IMG/VR virus record: IMGVR_UViG_3300002568_000001
Length of the DNA stretch: 41,770 nt
Source of the DNA: a virus
Strand: one strand, 5' to 3'
In this document: in pieces, positions 25,242-32,292 of the stretch
Position numbering within the stretch: the stretch's first letter is position 1
Layout: the number at the start of each line of letters is the position of its first letter
Notes under the pieces: model-generated
What the model was told of the DNA's origin: nothing
The model's input: the letters and a program-made list of their open reading frames with translations, nothing else
The model's database searches: none
Program-made: the position numbers and the translations under genes

Positions 25242-25772
25242 TTACGCCGTAGCGCGCGTGTCGCCCTGGGCGGTCTTGGGAGACTCGTCCGGGCCAGGAG
25301 CGGCGCGGTTCCCAGAGTCGTCGTCCGCCGTGGCGGTACCCGGAGCATCGACCGTGTAAACAGGCTGGGCCGGAGCGGTGCCGAACGCCGGAGGATTCGC
25401 ATCGAAGCTCTCCTGACGACGCTGGACGTACTCGCTGTACGCCTCGGAGGCTTCCTTGTTGTCCTTGGTCTTGCGGCCCACCGACTTGACCACCGGGTTG
25501 CGGTTCGGATCGAGGGAGGTAGCGGAGAAAGCGTTGTCAGGAGCCTTCGGGTTGGCCTGATCAGGAGCCGGTGAAACACCGATCTCCGGAGCGATATCGG
25601 GCTCCTGGTCGCGAGCCGGATCGACGTAAACCCCGCGATCACCAGTGGCGCGGTAGTGCATCAGGGCCTCGTTCTGAGCCTTGAGGTACTCCTGATCGAC
25701 CTTATCGGGATCCGGAGGCTTGACCTCCACCACATCCACGTTCGCGTTCACGTCGTCTTTCTTGTCCGCCAT
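25242..25772 (-). CDS. Acidic Pro/Ala/Asp-rich, probably disordered protein (176 aa from ATG 25772)
   Basis: MADKKDDVNANVDVVEVKPPDPDK... The 25814 start in the track would overlap TerL. Confidence 0.5.
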   Translation of the reverse strand: MADKKDDVNANVDVVEVKPPDPDKVDQEYLKAQNEALMHYRATGDRGVYVDPARDQEPDIAPEIGVSPAPDQANPKAPDNAFSATSLDPNRNPVVKSVGRKTKDNKEASEAYSEYVQRRQESFDANPPAFGTAPAQPVYTVDAPGTATADDDSGNRAAPGPDESPKTAQGDTRATA

Positions 25773-25803
25773 ATCCAGAAGTCTAGCAGCAGAGCGAGAC
25801 AAC

Positions 25804-28068
25804 CTAGAACTCACGCCATTGCGCGCCGGGGTTCCACTCGCCCAGGGTGCGTTCCACGCGGGATCCTGCCATCTCCGGACGACGATCTGGGAGGATCTTG
25901 GCCGTGACCAGGTACCTCAACGCTGCCAGGGAGTTGTGCACCAAGACGCCATTGGCGAAGAATTCTGGACAATCCTCAATCTCCAGGTTGTACACCCTCT
26001 GCGGTGGTAGTTCGACGGGTGATCCAGGCGCATTTCTTAGAACAGTGCCCTGTGGCGAAGTACCTGTTACATTCAAAATTTTCTCCACAGGCACGACAAA
26101 CCCTTGTTTCATAGTCGAGTCTGTTAGTCCTGCGATAGGCAGATTTACATTTTCCCGAACAGAATCTAGCCCAGGTGAAGTACTCAAAACTTGTCCCACA
26201 TTGGTCACAACGGCGAACGAGTGGCCTGGCTCGCATTGCTTCCCAAGCTCTGCGAGCCAACTCTTGACCCCATTCTTGACCCTTGGAAGTAGTCCTAAAA
26301 TCGCTCGCCGCCTGGCCGAGACGAGAGATGTTTTCCCAAGACTCCTGCCAAGAAATACGCCCAGGTGTTCTTTCTTTGGAATGTTCTCGCAAGTGATCTC
26401 CGGCGGGGAGACATTCCAGGTTTTCAAGGGCATTGTTGAGAGGATTCTTGTCCTTGTGATGGATGTGATAACCGCTTGGAATCTCTCCATGAGCGTTAGC
26501 CCAGGCGCGACGAGCGCGTTTGTGAGCGTTCCTCTTCTCGTTAGCAGTAAGCACGTATCGGATTGTAGCAAACCAAGGGGCTTCCATCCCCGCAAGGTCA
26601 ATATGGGATGTTGATAAGTACCCGTCAATCCCCCCAAATCCAACACGGGTTGGTTCTCTCCAGTTACCCCAGACCAAAGAACCTTCTTCCAACCTTGTCT
26701 AGTTAGAACCTTGTCAGAAGTGGCAACCGACTCAATTGGAATAGAACCGCGCGCAGTCGTAACTAAGGTTCCCGAAATGAGACAGTGTCCGTGGCGTGTT
26801 TCCCAGAAGGGATCGACCACTTCTCCGGTGACCGCATCCAGCGGAGCGAACCTGACCTGGTCTGCCAGGACGGGGCAATCCTCCGTGAAGAACAACCTCG
26901 GGGAGCCGTAGACGGGGTCAGAAGAATCTGCTGCGCGAGGATGCCAGTCGGGAAAAGCGAGGCTGGGGTCAGGGCGTAGTAGTTCTGCGATCCTGACGAG
27001 CCCTGCGCGCCTATCGTTGTTAGCTGGTACGAGATTGATCCCGTGCTTGGCGAACTCGCTGTGAACGGTGTCCCCACGTCCTCCTGCCGAGCCGATCCCG
27101 AACCCCGTCCGCGATTGGATGGAAGGATCACAAAGAGCCAGAGAAGGTTCACCCCAACGATTAGCGCGATTAGTATGGATTCGTGACGCATGGTCTGAGA
27201 TCAGTCCCGGGCTGTAGTACTCGCCGTAGACCACGACATGGCCCTCGGGAGAAACACCGGCAGGATACCACGCGGTGGGGTTGGTGACCCCGAAGTCCAT
27301 CGCCTCCCAGCGGCGCCAATCGTAGGGCGGGTAGAAAGTGGGAACAACATGGATCTGAGGATCGAAGTGAGGAAAGCAAGCCGAGTCGATGGCCTCCCAG
27401 GAGCCCTCGATCAGACGGGCCTGCGTGGCCTCGGGAAGCTGCTGAAGTGACACCAGGTAACTATCCGCGTCGATATGAGGATTATCCCGGAACGTGGCCG
27501 GGAGGAAGATCCTATCCTTGCTACCCGACTCCAGGAACCGCTTACGAACCCAGGTCGTGCCGGGGCCTACGGGGTTACTGGCGCATCGAACGCGCAGTGG
27601 GATGTCAGAACCTTTCAGCTTACGCAGGCGAGAGAAGAGAAACGTGTACCCGATATCGTCGGGGAATTCGGTAACTTCGTCCCAAGCTATGTACTGGAAC
27701 TCCGCAGACTGGTACCTGAGCCGGTCGGTGGGGGTCTGAATGTACCCGAAGGTGATCGCCGCTCCGGAAGGGAACTCGAACGTGTGAGTTTCTCGGTCGT
27801 AGCGCACATCCCGGAACGGCTTCAACCATTCGTGACACCTGTCCATGATCGCGCCGGGGAGAGCTAGGTCTGTGTAACTACGCCGGAAGATGATCGCCGC
27901 ATAGTTCGGCCTGTCCACGTACTGGAGCGCGCCCATCAGAAGAGCATCGGACTTCCCCCCACCGGCCGCGCCTCCGTACAACCCCTCCAGGCCGTCATAG
28001 AGCAGGAACGCTGCCTGCTTGGGACTTGGAACGTGCGGGATATACGTCGTTAACTTCAACGTCGCCAT
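25804..28068 (-). CDS. terL: Terminase large subunit, interrupted by an intein (754-aa precursor, ~470-aa spliced)
   Basis: Walker A GGAAGGGKS (aa 32-40) and Walker B-like YIAWDEV. Nuclease-domain junction ETRHGH|intein|SLAALRYL. Confidence 0.9.
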   Translation of the reverse strand: MATLKLTTYIPHVPSPKQAAFLLYDGLEGLYGGAAGGGKSDALLMGALQYVDRPNYAAIIFRRSYTDLALPGAIMDRCHEWLKPFRDVRYDRETHTFEFPSGAAITFGYIQTPTDRLRYQSAEFQYIAWDEVTEFPDDIGYTFLFSRLRKLKGSDIPLRVRCASNPVGPGTTWVRKRFLESGSKDRIFLPATFRDNPHIDADSYLVSLQQLPEATQARLIEGSWEAIDSACFPHFDPQIHVVPTFYPPYDWRRWEAMDFGVTNPTAWYPAGVSPEGHVVVYGEYYSPGLISDHASRIHTNRANRWGEPSLALCDPSIQSRTGFGIGSAGGRGDTVHSEFAKHGINLVPANNDRRAGLVRIAELLRPDPSLAFPDWHPRAADSSDPVYGSPRLFFTEDCPVLADQVRFAPLDAVTGEVVDPFWETRHGHCLISGTLVTTARGSIPIESVATSDKVLTRQGWKKVLWSGVTGENQPVLDLGGLTGTYQHPILTLRGWKPLGLLQSDTCLLLTRRGTLTNALVAPGLTLMERFQAVITSITRTRILSTMPLKTWNVSPPEITCENIPKKEHLGVFLGRSLGKTSLVSARRRAILGLLPRVKNGVKSWLAELGKQCEPGHSFAVVTNVGQVLSTSPGLDSVRENVNLPIAGLTDSTMKQGFVVPVEKILNVTGTSPQGTVLRNAPGSPVELPPQRVYNLEIEDCPEFFANGVLVHNSLAALRYLVTAKILPDRRPEMAGSRVERTLGEWNPGAQWREF
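25933..26784 (-). mobile_element. Intein (284 aa, Cys429 to Asn712, +1 Ser)
   Basis: Block A CLISGTLVTTARGSIPIESV, block B TGTYQHPILTLRGWKPLGLL, blocks F/G VYNLEIEDCPEFFANGVLVHN|S. Codons checked: tgt at 26784-26782 and aac at 25935-25933. Confidence 0.85.
25976..26692 (-). CDS. HNH endonuclease with two zinc ribbons, encoded out of frame inside the TerL intein (238 aa from TTG 26692; 203 aa from ATG 26587)
   Basis: GYHIHHKDKNPLNNALENLECLPAGDHLREH (HNH). CDQCGTSFEYFTWARFCSGKC and CRACGENFECNRYFATGHCSKKC (CxxC...CSxxC). The frame differs from TerL (26692 mod 3 = 1 versus 28068 mod 3 = 0). Confidence 0.65.
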   Translation of the reverse strand: MEEGSLVWGNWREPTRVGFGGIDGYLSTSHIDLAGMEAPWFATIRYVLTANEKRNAHKRARRAWANAHGEIPSGYHIHHKDKNPLNNALENLECLPAGDHLREHSKERTPGRISWQESWENISRLGQAASDFRTTSKGQEWGQELARRAWEAMRARPLVRRCDQCGTSFEYFTWARFCSGKCKSAYRRTNRLDYETRVCRACGENFECNRYFATGHCSKKCAWITRRTTTAEGVQPGD

Positions 28069-28137
28069 GCGATTCTCCGAATCGTGTAGATGGTCAGCTT
28101 GAGCGTTGCCACGCGATCACTCTACCCAGAAGCACCA

Positions 28138-28167
28138 CAGCCCGCCACTATGACTCTGGGCGGGCTG
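28138..28167. other. Strong stem-loop in the 239-nt non-coding stretch upstream of terL
   Basis: cagcccgcc (28138-28146) pairs with ggcgggctg (28159-28167), giving a 9-bp stem and a 12-nt loop. Confidence 0.5.
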
Positions 28168-28307
28168 GGGCTGGTTTCGCCGGGGAACAGTCCATACCGC
28201 TAGCAGGCTTGCTGTCCAACCCCTTTGAACTGAGTAGGTTACGGGATCCTTGACCCCGCCTCTCCCTCTCACCTTGAATCATACACCATCCAGCAGATCC
28301 TTAAACA

Positions 28308-28460
28308 TCAGGCGCCCCCCTCGTTCCACCAACGAGAGAGATCCTCGTCGTTCTCCTCCTCGATCCAGGCGGCAAGAGCGAGAGCCACCGCTTCACGGTC
28401 GCAGGAACACGGATCCTCGCCGTCGCATTCCATGAAATGAAGCTCAGTGGACTCGCTCAT
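28308..28460 (-). CDS. Small acidic protein (50 aa)
   Basis: MSESTELHFMECDGEDPCSCDRE... ATG 28460 overlaps the upstream TGA (ATGA). Below the track cut-off. Confidence 0.4.
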   Translation of the reverse strand: MSESTELHFMECDGEDPCSCDREAVALALAAWIEEENDEDLSRWWNEGGA

Positions 28461-28711
28461 CCGCGTCTCTCCGGCTTGGTTACCCCGCCTGGGCGGTTCG
28501 CGCCATCCGGGCGGTTTTTCTTCAACACGTTGGGGTTACGATACCAGTACAAAGCGAACCCGAGGGGGCGGATCACTTCGCCCTCGTTCGGTTGCTCGCA
28601 GAACCAACCCTCGCCGGACTTGTGCATGAACCCACGGCATTTCTTGTCCTGGTTCCAGGCCCAGCCGTGACAGATCGGGCAAGGTTGTTTCTTGGAGAAC
28701 GACTTGGCCAC
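28457..28711 (-). CDS. Zinc-binding protein (84 aa)
   Basis: CPICHGWAWNQDKKCRGF ... WFCE cysteine/histidine pattern. Confidence 0.5.
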   Translation of the reverse strand: MAKSFSKKQPCPICHGWAWNQDKKCRGFMHKSGEGWFCEQPNEGEVIRPLGFALYWYRNPNVLKKNRPDGANRPGGVTKPERRG

Positions 28712-28834
28712 CTATCTGCCTATAGAAGCAGTTTTGAAGCAGCGCTTGAGATCCCAGAACACGTACCCGATCAGCGCGTAACAAAACAGCGACACCACGC
28801 CGACTGACGCGAGTAACAGCTTAACTAGTTTCAC
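28712..28834 (-). CDS. Small membrane protein (40 aa, GTG 28834)
   Basis: GGGGAGGCAGACGATA precedes the GTG. TM segment LLLASVGVVSLFCYALIGYVFW. Confidence 0.4.
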   Translation of the reverse strand: MKLVKLLLASVGVVSLFCYALIGYVFWDLKRCFKTASIGR

Positions 28835-29052
28835 TATCGTCTGCCTCCCCGAGCGTAGGCAAAAGAGTCCGGCACCTTCTCCTCGACTGCGGCCCACGCG
28901 TCCGGCAGGGCTTCCGCGAGGAACGACGAGAGCTTGTAGGCGGTGTGGATGCGGTCGCTGTCGCCGCTCTGTTCAGCCTCGATGACGTTCTTGCGGCACT
29001 TGAGGCGAGCGGCGGCGAGTGAGTCCCAACGGACACGGGTGAAGTCACTCAT
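28834..29052 (-). CDS. Hypothetical protein (72 aa from ATG 29052)
   Basis: GGGGAGGCAGACG immediately precedes the ATG. The upstream part of the 128-aa track ORF is Arg/Ser-rich and looks spurious. Confidence 0.45.
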   Translation of the reverse strand: MSDFTRVRWDSLAAARLKCRKNVIEAEQSGDSDRIHTAYKLSSFLAEALPDAWAAVEEKVPDSFAYARGGRR

Positions 29053-29257
29053 CGTCTGCCTCCCCGGCGACCACTTCGACCGTCTCCTGCGTTGCCTCAC
29101 CGAGGTCATACGGAGAGAGGTGACCGGCCTTGACCGACTCCAAGTCCATCGCAGCCATCGCGGCAGGGTCACCGTCTGCGCCCTCGTAATGGTCGGGCTT
29201 CGCGTCGTACTCGATGACAAGCGTGAACCGCAACCTCACGTCGCCCGGGTCAGTCAT
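29045..29257 (-). CDS. Acidic protein (70 aa)
   Basis: GGGAGGCAGACA immediately precedes ATG 29257. Confidence 0.45.
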   Translation of the reverse strand: MTDPGDVRLRFTLVIEYDAKPDHYEGADGDPAAMAAMDLESVKAGHLSPYDLGEATQETVEVVAGEADDE

Positions 29258-29274
29258 TGTCTGCCTCCCATGCG

Positions 29275-29760
29275 TCAGTCAGCACAGAAAATGCACCCCA
29301 ACTCCGTCGCCCGTAGGTTCGCCCCCTGCTTGGCACCACAACGTGGGCATACTCGGAGCGAACTAACTTCTTCTGCCTCCCCGAGCGCCCGCCTCATACC
29401 CTCGCGCACAGCCGCACGTTCAGTGTCGGTCGCTGGACGGATTTCACCGTCTGCCCCCCCGAGCGCGACACGGAGAATGTCGTGGCACTTCCAGATTTCG
29501 GCGTTCACCACGTCCCGGCCAGTACCGTTCGCGATCTGCTCATAGAGCGCGTCGTGAAGCGACGACACCTGCGTATCCGCTGCCTTCAGCGCGGCCCGTA
29601 GATGTTCGCGCTCGGCCAAACTGGACACATCCGCGCGTAGTTCATCCATAGCGCTGTCGTATCCGGCCTTTGCTTCGGCAAGACCACGTACAACGTGGCC
29701 GTCCTGCACACCTTCTAGGCAGCGACGGTACCAGTCGATACGTTCGAGGCGGTCAGTCAT
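29275..29760 (-). CDS. Helical protein with a C-terminal zinc ribbon (161 aa)
   Basis: CPRCGAKQGANLRATELGCIFC at the C-terminus. Carries two internal copies of the local ctgcc(t/c)ccccgagcg repeat. Confidence 0.5.
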   Translation of the reverse strand: MTDRLERIDWYRRCLEGVQDGHVVRGLAEAKAGYDSAMDELRADVSSLAEREHLRAALKAADTQVSSLHDALYEQIANGTGRDVVNAEIWKCHDILRVALGGADGEIRPATDTERAAVREGMRRALGEAEEVSSLRVCPRCGAKQGANLRATELGCIFCAD

Positions 29761-29778
29761 TGTAGGAACCTTTGGTGA

Positions 29779-30003
29779 TCATGTTTCGGAGTCTACCCGA
29801 TCCAGAACTTCTGAAACCTGAGGATCTAGAGCAGACTTTGCAGCAGAGCGGCCTGACCAGTGACCTACGAAGTTAGCGTAAATGCTCACGAAGATCAGGT
29901 AAGGGATCCGCCAGGACTCGGGGGGTAGCCATACGAGTACGAAGTTCAACCCCCAGAACCCCATCAGGTACGTGTGAACTTGCTCGTCGGTGAGCTTCAA
30001 CAT
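29779..30003 (-). CDS. Membrane protein (74 aa), first gene of the leftward operon
   Basis: Two hydrophobic segments (YLMGFWGLNFVLVWL, IPYLIFVSIYANFVG). Confidence 0.5.
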   Translation of the reverse strand: MLKLTDEQVHTYLMGFWGLNFVLVWLPPESWRIPYLIFVSIYANFVGHWSGRSAAKSALDPQVSEVLDRVDSET

Positions 30004-30116
30004 GGCGCCGGGTGCTTATGCTAGGGTACCCATGATGTCAGCCTCGCGCTATACCTGAAAGCCTCCTTGAAAAGGAAATAAGGCTTGAAGGTCAAGAGAA
30101 GTATGAGGGCAAGGAT

Positions 30117-30127
30117 GAGTGGGAGAG
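30117..30127 (-). repeat. Copy of exact 11-mer CTCTCCCACTC (left member of the intergenic inverted pair)
   Basis: The plus strand reads gagtgggagag, 114 nt upstream of the leftward start at 30003 and pointing leftward. Confidence 0.95.
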
Positions 30128-30196
30128 GGTTGAGAAGAGGTATAAGGCCCGTCCTCCCGAAGGGCCGGAGTATGTGGCCGAAGTGAGCGCGCCAAC

Positions 30197-30207
30197 CTCT
30201 CCCACTC
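30197..30207 (+). repeat. Copy of exact 11-mer CTCTCCCACTC (right member of the intergenic inverted pair)
   Basis: 50 nt upstream of the rightward ATG at 30257 and pointing rightward. Confidence 0.95.
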
Positions 30208-30256
30208 TTCCTGGGTTTAAGGTTCCTCCCGTCTGGGTACGGTGTCTAAGGACACC

Positions 30257-30397
30257 ATGACGAAAGCAGTTCTCGTAAGGTGTGAGCGGTGCGGAATGAA
30301 CCAGCCCAACAAACGGGAGGAGTACTTCCCCCCAGGAGTAGCTGGATGTACTAGATGTGGTCACTTGTTCGGAAACTACGTCAAGGGAGTGAAATGA
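30257..30397 (+). CDS. Small zinc-ribbon protein (46 aa)
   Basis: MTKAVLVRCERCGMNQ...CTRCGH. aagga lies 5 nt upstream of the ATG. Below the track cut-off. Confidence 0.45.
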   Translation: MTKAVLVRCERCGMNQPNKREEYFPPGVAGCTRCGHLFGNYVKGVK

Positions 30398-30525
30398 AAG
30401 ACTGGTATTTCCTCAGGGGTGTCTCAGTCGTACTGGCTTGTTACCTTCTCGCTGGGATCACCTTGCGCTCAGTGGTAGCAGCCGTTCTTCTGTCCATCTC
30501 GTTCTATCCCTATGCCAAGACTTAA
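30394..30525 (+). CDS. Small membrane protein (43 aa)
   Basis: ATGA overlap with the upstream gene. TM segments VVLACYLLAGITL and VVAAVLLSISF. Confidence 0.45.
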   Translation: MKDWYFLRGVSVVLACYLLAGITLRSVVAAVLLSISFYPYAKT

Positions 30526-30661
30526 CAAAACCTGTTCCACCTGCGAGCGCAAGATCCCGGCCCGAGACTACGAGGCGGGGATGGTCGTGACAAGCTCGCA
30601 CACAGGAGACCGTTGGTGCGGGAGATGCACCCTGAAGTTCATCCGAAAGACTGTAAGATGA
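30512..30661 (+). CDS. Small zinc-ribbon protein (49 aa)
   Basis: CSTCERK...WCGRC. Overlaps the upstream gene by 14 nt. Confidence 0.45.
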   Translation: MPRLNKTCSTCERKIPARDYEAGMVVTSSHTGDRWCGRCTLKFIRKTVR

Positions 30662-30744
30662 GTCTCATGAGAACAGGATGCGTAAACGCTAGTTCGCTAA
30701 ACTCTCCGCAGGGTTGCGCTGTAGTACGCGCAGGTTTCTGGGAC

Positions 30745-30765
30745 GGACCTCTAAAGAGGTCCTTT
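30745..30765 (+). terminator. Hairpin plus short T-run
   Basis: ggacctc-taaa-gaggtcc followed by ttt. Confidence 0.35.
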
Positions 30766-30815
30766 GGGGAGTAAAGTCCCCTACGGGCCTCTAACCATCT
30801 AGGAAGGGAGCAAAC

Positions 30816-31289
30816 ATGAAGTACATTCCCGCTGTGATCGGCGGCGCTGTAGCCGCGCTGATCCTGGTCGGCCCCGAGTACCACCAACTCTCCCACTCAT
30901 ACCTAACCACTGTTCCTCCTGATCTTCCTCAGGTCCGAGGCGCTACGAGCCCCCGTGTTAACCAGTCGAACATTCACTTCACCGTGTGCGTCCGTGGGTA
31001 CACAAGCACTGTCAGGCCCCCGGAGCGGTACACCACGAACCTGAAGCGCCGACAGATCAGAGACCTCCAACTCACGGGAACAGTCCACGACTACGAGGAA
31101 GACCACTTCATTCCTCTCTCTCTCGGAGGTGCGCCGTACAGCCCTCAGAACCTCTGGCCGGAGTCTTGGCCGCAGGCCCACAGATCAGATCCCCTGGAGT
31201 ACAGACTGTACCGTCAGGTGTGCGGCGGCGAGATCACGCTCAAGCACGCGCGCAACCAGATCAGAACCTACAAAGAAAGGTACGGGTAA
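30816..31289 (+). CDS. Membrane-anchored/secreted HNH-fold protein (157 aa)
   Basis: N-terminal TM IPAVIGGAVAALILVG. VCVRGYTSTVRPPERYTTNLKRRQ and YEEDHFIPLSLGGAPYSPQNLWPE resemble an exported actinobacterial HNH-like family. Confidence 0.5.
   Translation: MKYIPAVIGGAVAALILVGPEYHQLSHSYLTTVPPDLPQVRGATSPRVNQSNIHFTVCVRGYTSTVRPPERYTTNLKRRQIRDLQLTGTVHDYEEDHFIPLSLGGAPYSPQNLWPESWPQAHRSDPLEYRLYRQVCGGEITLKHARNQIRTYKERYG
30888..30898 (+). repeat. Copy of exact 11-mer CTCTCCCACTC
   Basis: Inside gene 30816..31289 and co-oriented with it. Confidence 0.95.
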
Positions 31290-31290
31290 G

Positions 31291-31477
31291 ATGGGGTACG
31301 AAGTAACTCATAAGCTCAGACTTTCGGTGGATTCTAGTGGAATCGAAGTGTTTGCCACGGATTTCATCCGTGATCCTGGAGGCTGTCTCTCACAAGGACA
31401 AACAAGCGGCAGTCTCCTCGATTCAGGACTTCATTAACAAGCTGCAAAAGGCCCTCGACAAAGCCAAGGAGGCGTAA
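31291..31477 (+). CDS. Ambiguous small coding region: ATG 31291 frame (48 aa, stop 31437) and GTG 31337 frame (46 aa, stop 31477)
   Basis: Frame A starts right after the upstream stop. Frame B ends in a helical ...IQDFINKLQKALDKAKEA with a TAATG overlap onto the next gene. It may be a single frameshifted gene. Confidence 0.25.
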
Positions 31478-31644
31478 TGCCCGGCAAGAACGCAGACAAG
31501 GACAAGAAGATGGCGGCAGACTTGAAGAAGCGTGGGATCTACCACGGCAAGCGGCTCACGTCCTCACTTGCTCCTCCTGTTCCGCCCCTCGGTGAGCCGG
31601 GTAGCGCTGCGTACCGTCGTCTAATGCGGAAGAAGGTTCGGTAA
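31477..31644 (+). CDS. Small basic protein (55 aa)
   Basis: aaggagg lies upstream of the ATG. MPGKNADKDKKMAADLKKRG... Below the track cut-off. Confidence 0.4.
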   Translation: MPGKNADKDKKMAADLKKRGIYHGKRLTSSLAPPVPPLGEPGSAAYRRLMRKKVR

Positions 31645-31808
31645 TGAAGAAAATCACGTACGATGTCAGGCCGGGAGACTTAGTGAGGCTTACAACCTGG
31701 TCTAACAGTTTCTTCGGCAGAAAACCCGACGCCGAGATTGTGATTCACGTTCAGAAAAGCAACGAAGAGAGCGGGGTTAGGCTTGTGATCTTGGGGCCGG
31801 AAGGTTAA
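31644..31808 (+). CDS. Small protein (54 aa)
   Basis: TAATG overlap with the upstream gene. The stop converges on the stop of 31805..32245. Confidence 0.45.
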   Translation: MKKITYDVRPGDLVRLTTWSNSFFGRKPDAEIVIHVQKSNEESGVRLVILGPEG

Positions 31809-32245
31809 GAACTTTCGCGTTCGGCCGACTCTTGAACGATCTTGTCCAGAATCTGATGCGCTTTTTCTTGATCCTCTTTCGAGAACTCGAATTCCCGGCC
31901 GGGGTTGTTGACCGTGATCTCCTGCTTGTAGTTGTCTCGGTAGGAGTGATCCAGTTTCTTGAGCAGGAACATGAGCAGAAGGTGTCCGCCCTTGGCGTCC
32001 GGGTCGAGGGCTCGTTGCTTCAAGTTCTCTTCTGCGAGGGACTTCAGCACCTCAGACCATTCTTCCTGAGCGTGTTTCCAAGCCGCGCGGAACTCCGGAT
32101 CCTCCTCGCGCCAGTAGTACACCAACCGGCGCGGCACCTGGGCGATCTTGCAAGCCTCGGTGACGTTCGTTCCCTGCGCGAGAGCCGTCAGGAAGTCCAG
32201 GCGCTGCATGTCGGTAAGGGGCTTGCTGCTAGGCAAGTTTCCCAC
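31805..32245 (-). CDS. HTH DNA-binding protein, terminase-small-subunit-like (146 aa)
   Basis: N-terminal HTH (GTNVTEACKIAQVPRRLVYYWR), then EFRAAWKHAQ... and LLMFLLKKLDHSYRD, a layout common in TerS proteins. It is not adjacent to terL. Confidence 0.4.
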   Translation of the reverse strand: MGNLPSSKPLTDMQRLDFLTALAQGTNVTEACKIAQVPRRLVYYWREEDPEFRAAWKHAQEEWSEVLKSLAEENLKQRALDPDAKGGHLLLMFLLKKLDHSYRDNYKQEITVNNPGREFEFSKEDQEKAHQILDKIVQESAERESS

Positions 32246-32264
32246 CCACGTTGTGTGTGGTGCG

Positions 32265-32292
32265 TTTGGTACTGGGCATTACAGGGTATTGT
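32265..32292 (+). promoter_or_regulatory. Candidate sigma70-like promoter for the rightward 32319 operon
   Basis: TTTGGT (32265-70), a 16-nt spacer, then TATTGT (32287-92), within the 73-nt divergent gap. Confidence 0.3.

Noticed and set aside
30092-30364. 90-aa minus-strand ORF spanning the divergent control region, and the similar ORF 36092..36361 over the GGTC array
   Set aside because: Both run through repeat- and hairpin-rich non-coding DNA, overlap the starts of better-supported genes, and have no RBS or coupling.
30658-30774. 38-aa ORF coupled (ATGA) to the preceding small gene
   Set aside because: Its 3' half consists of the ggacctc-taaa-gaggtcc terminator-like hairpin and a second hairpin, so it is more likely non-coding. 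I kept it out of the feature list.
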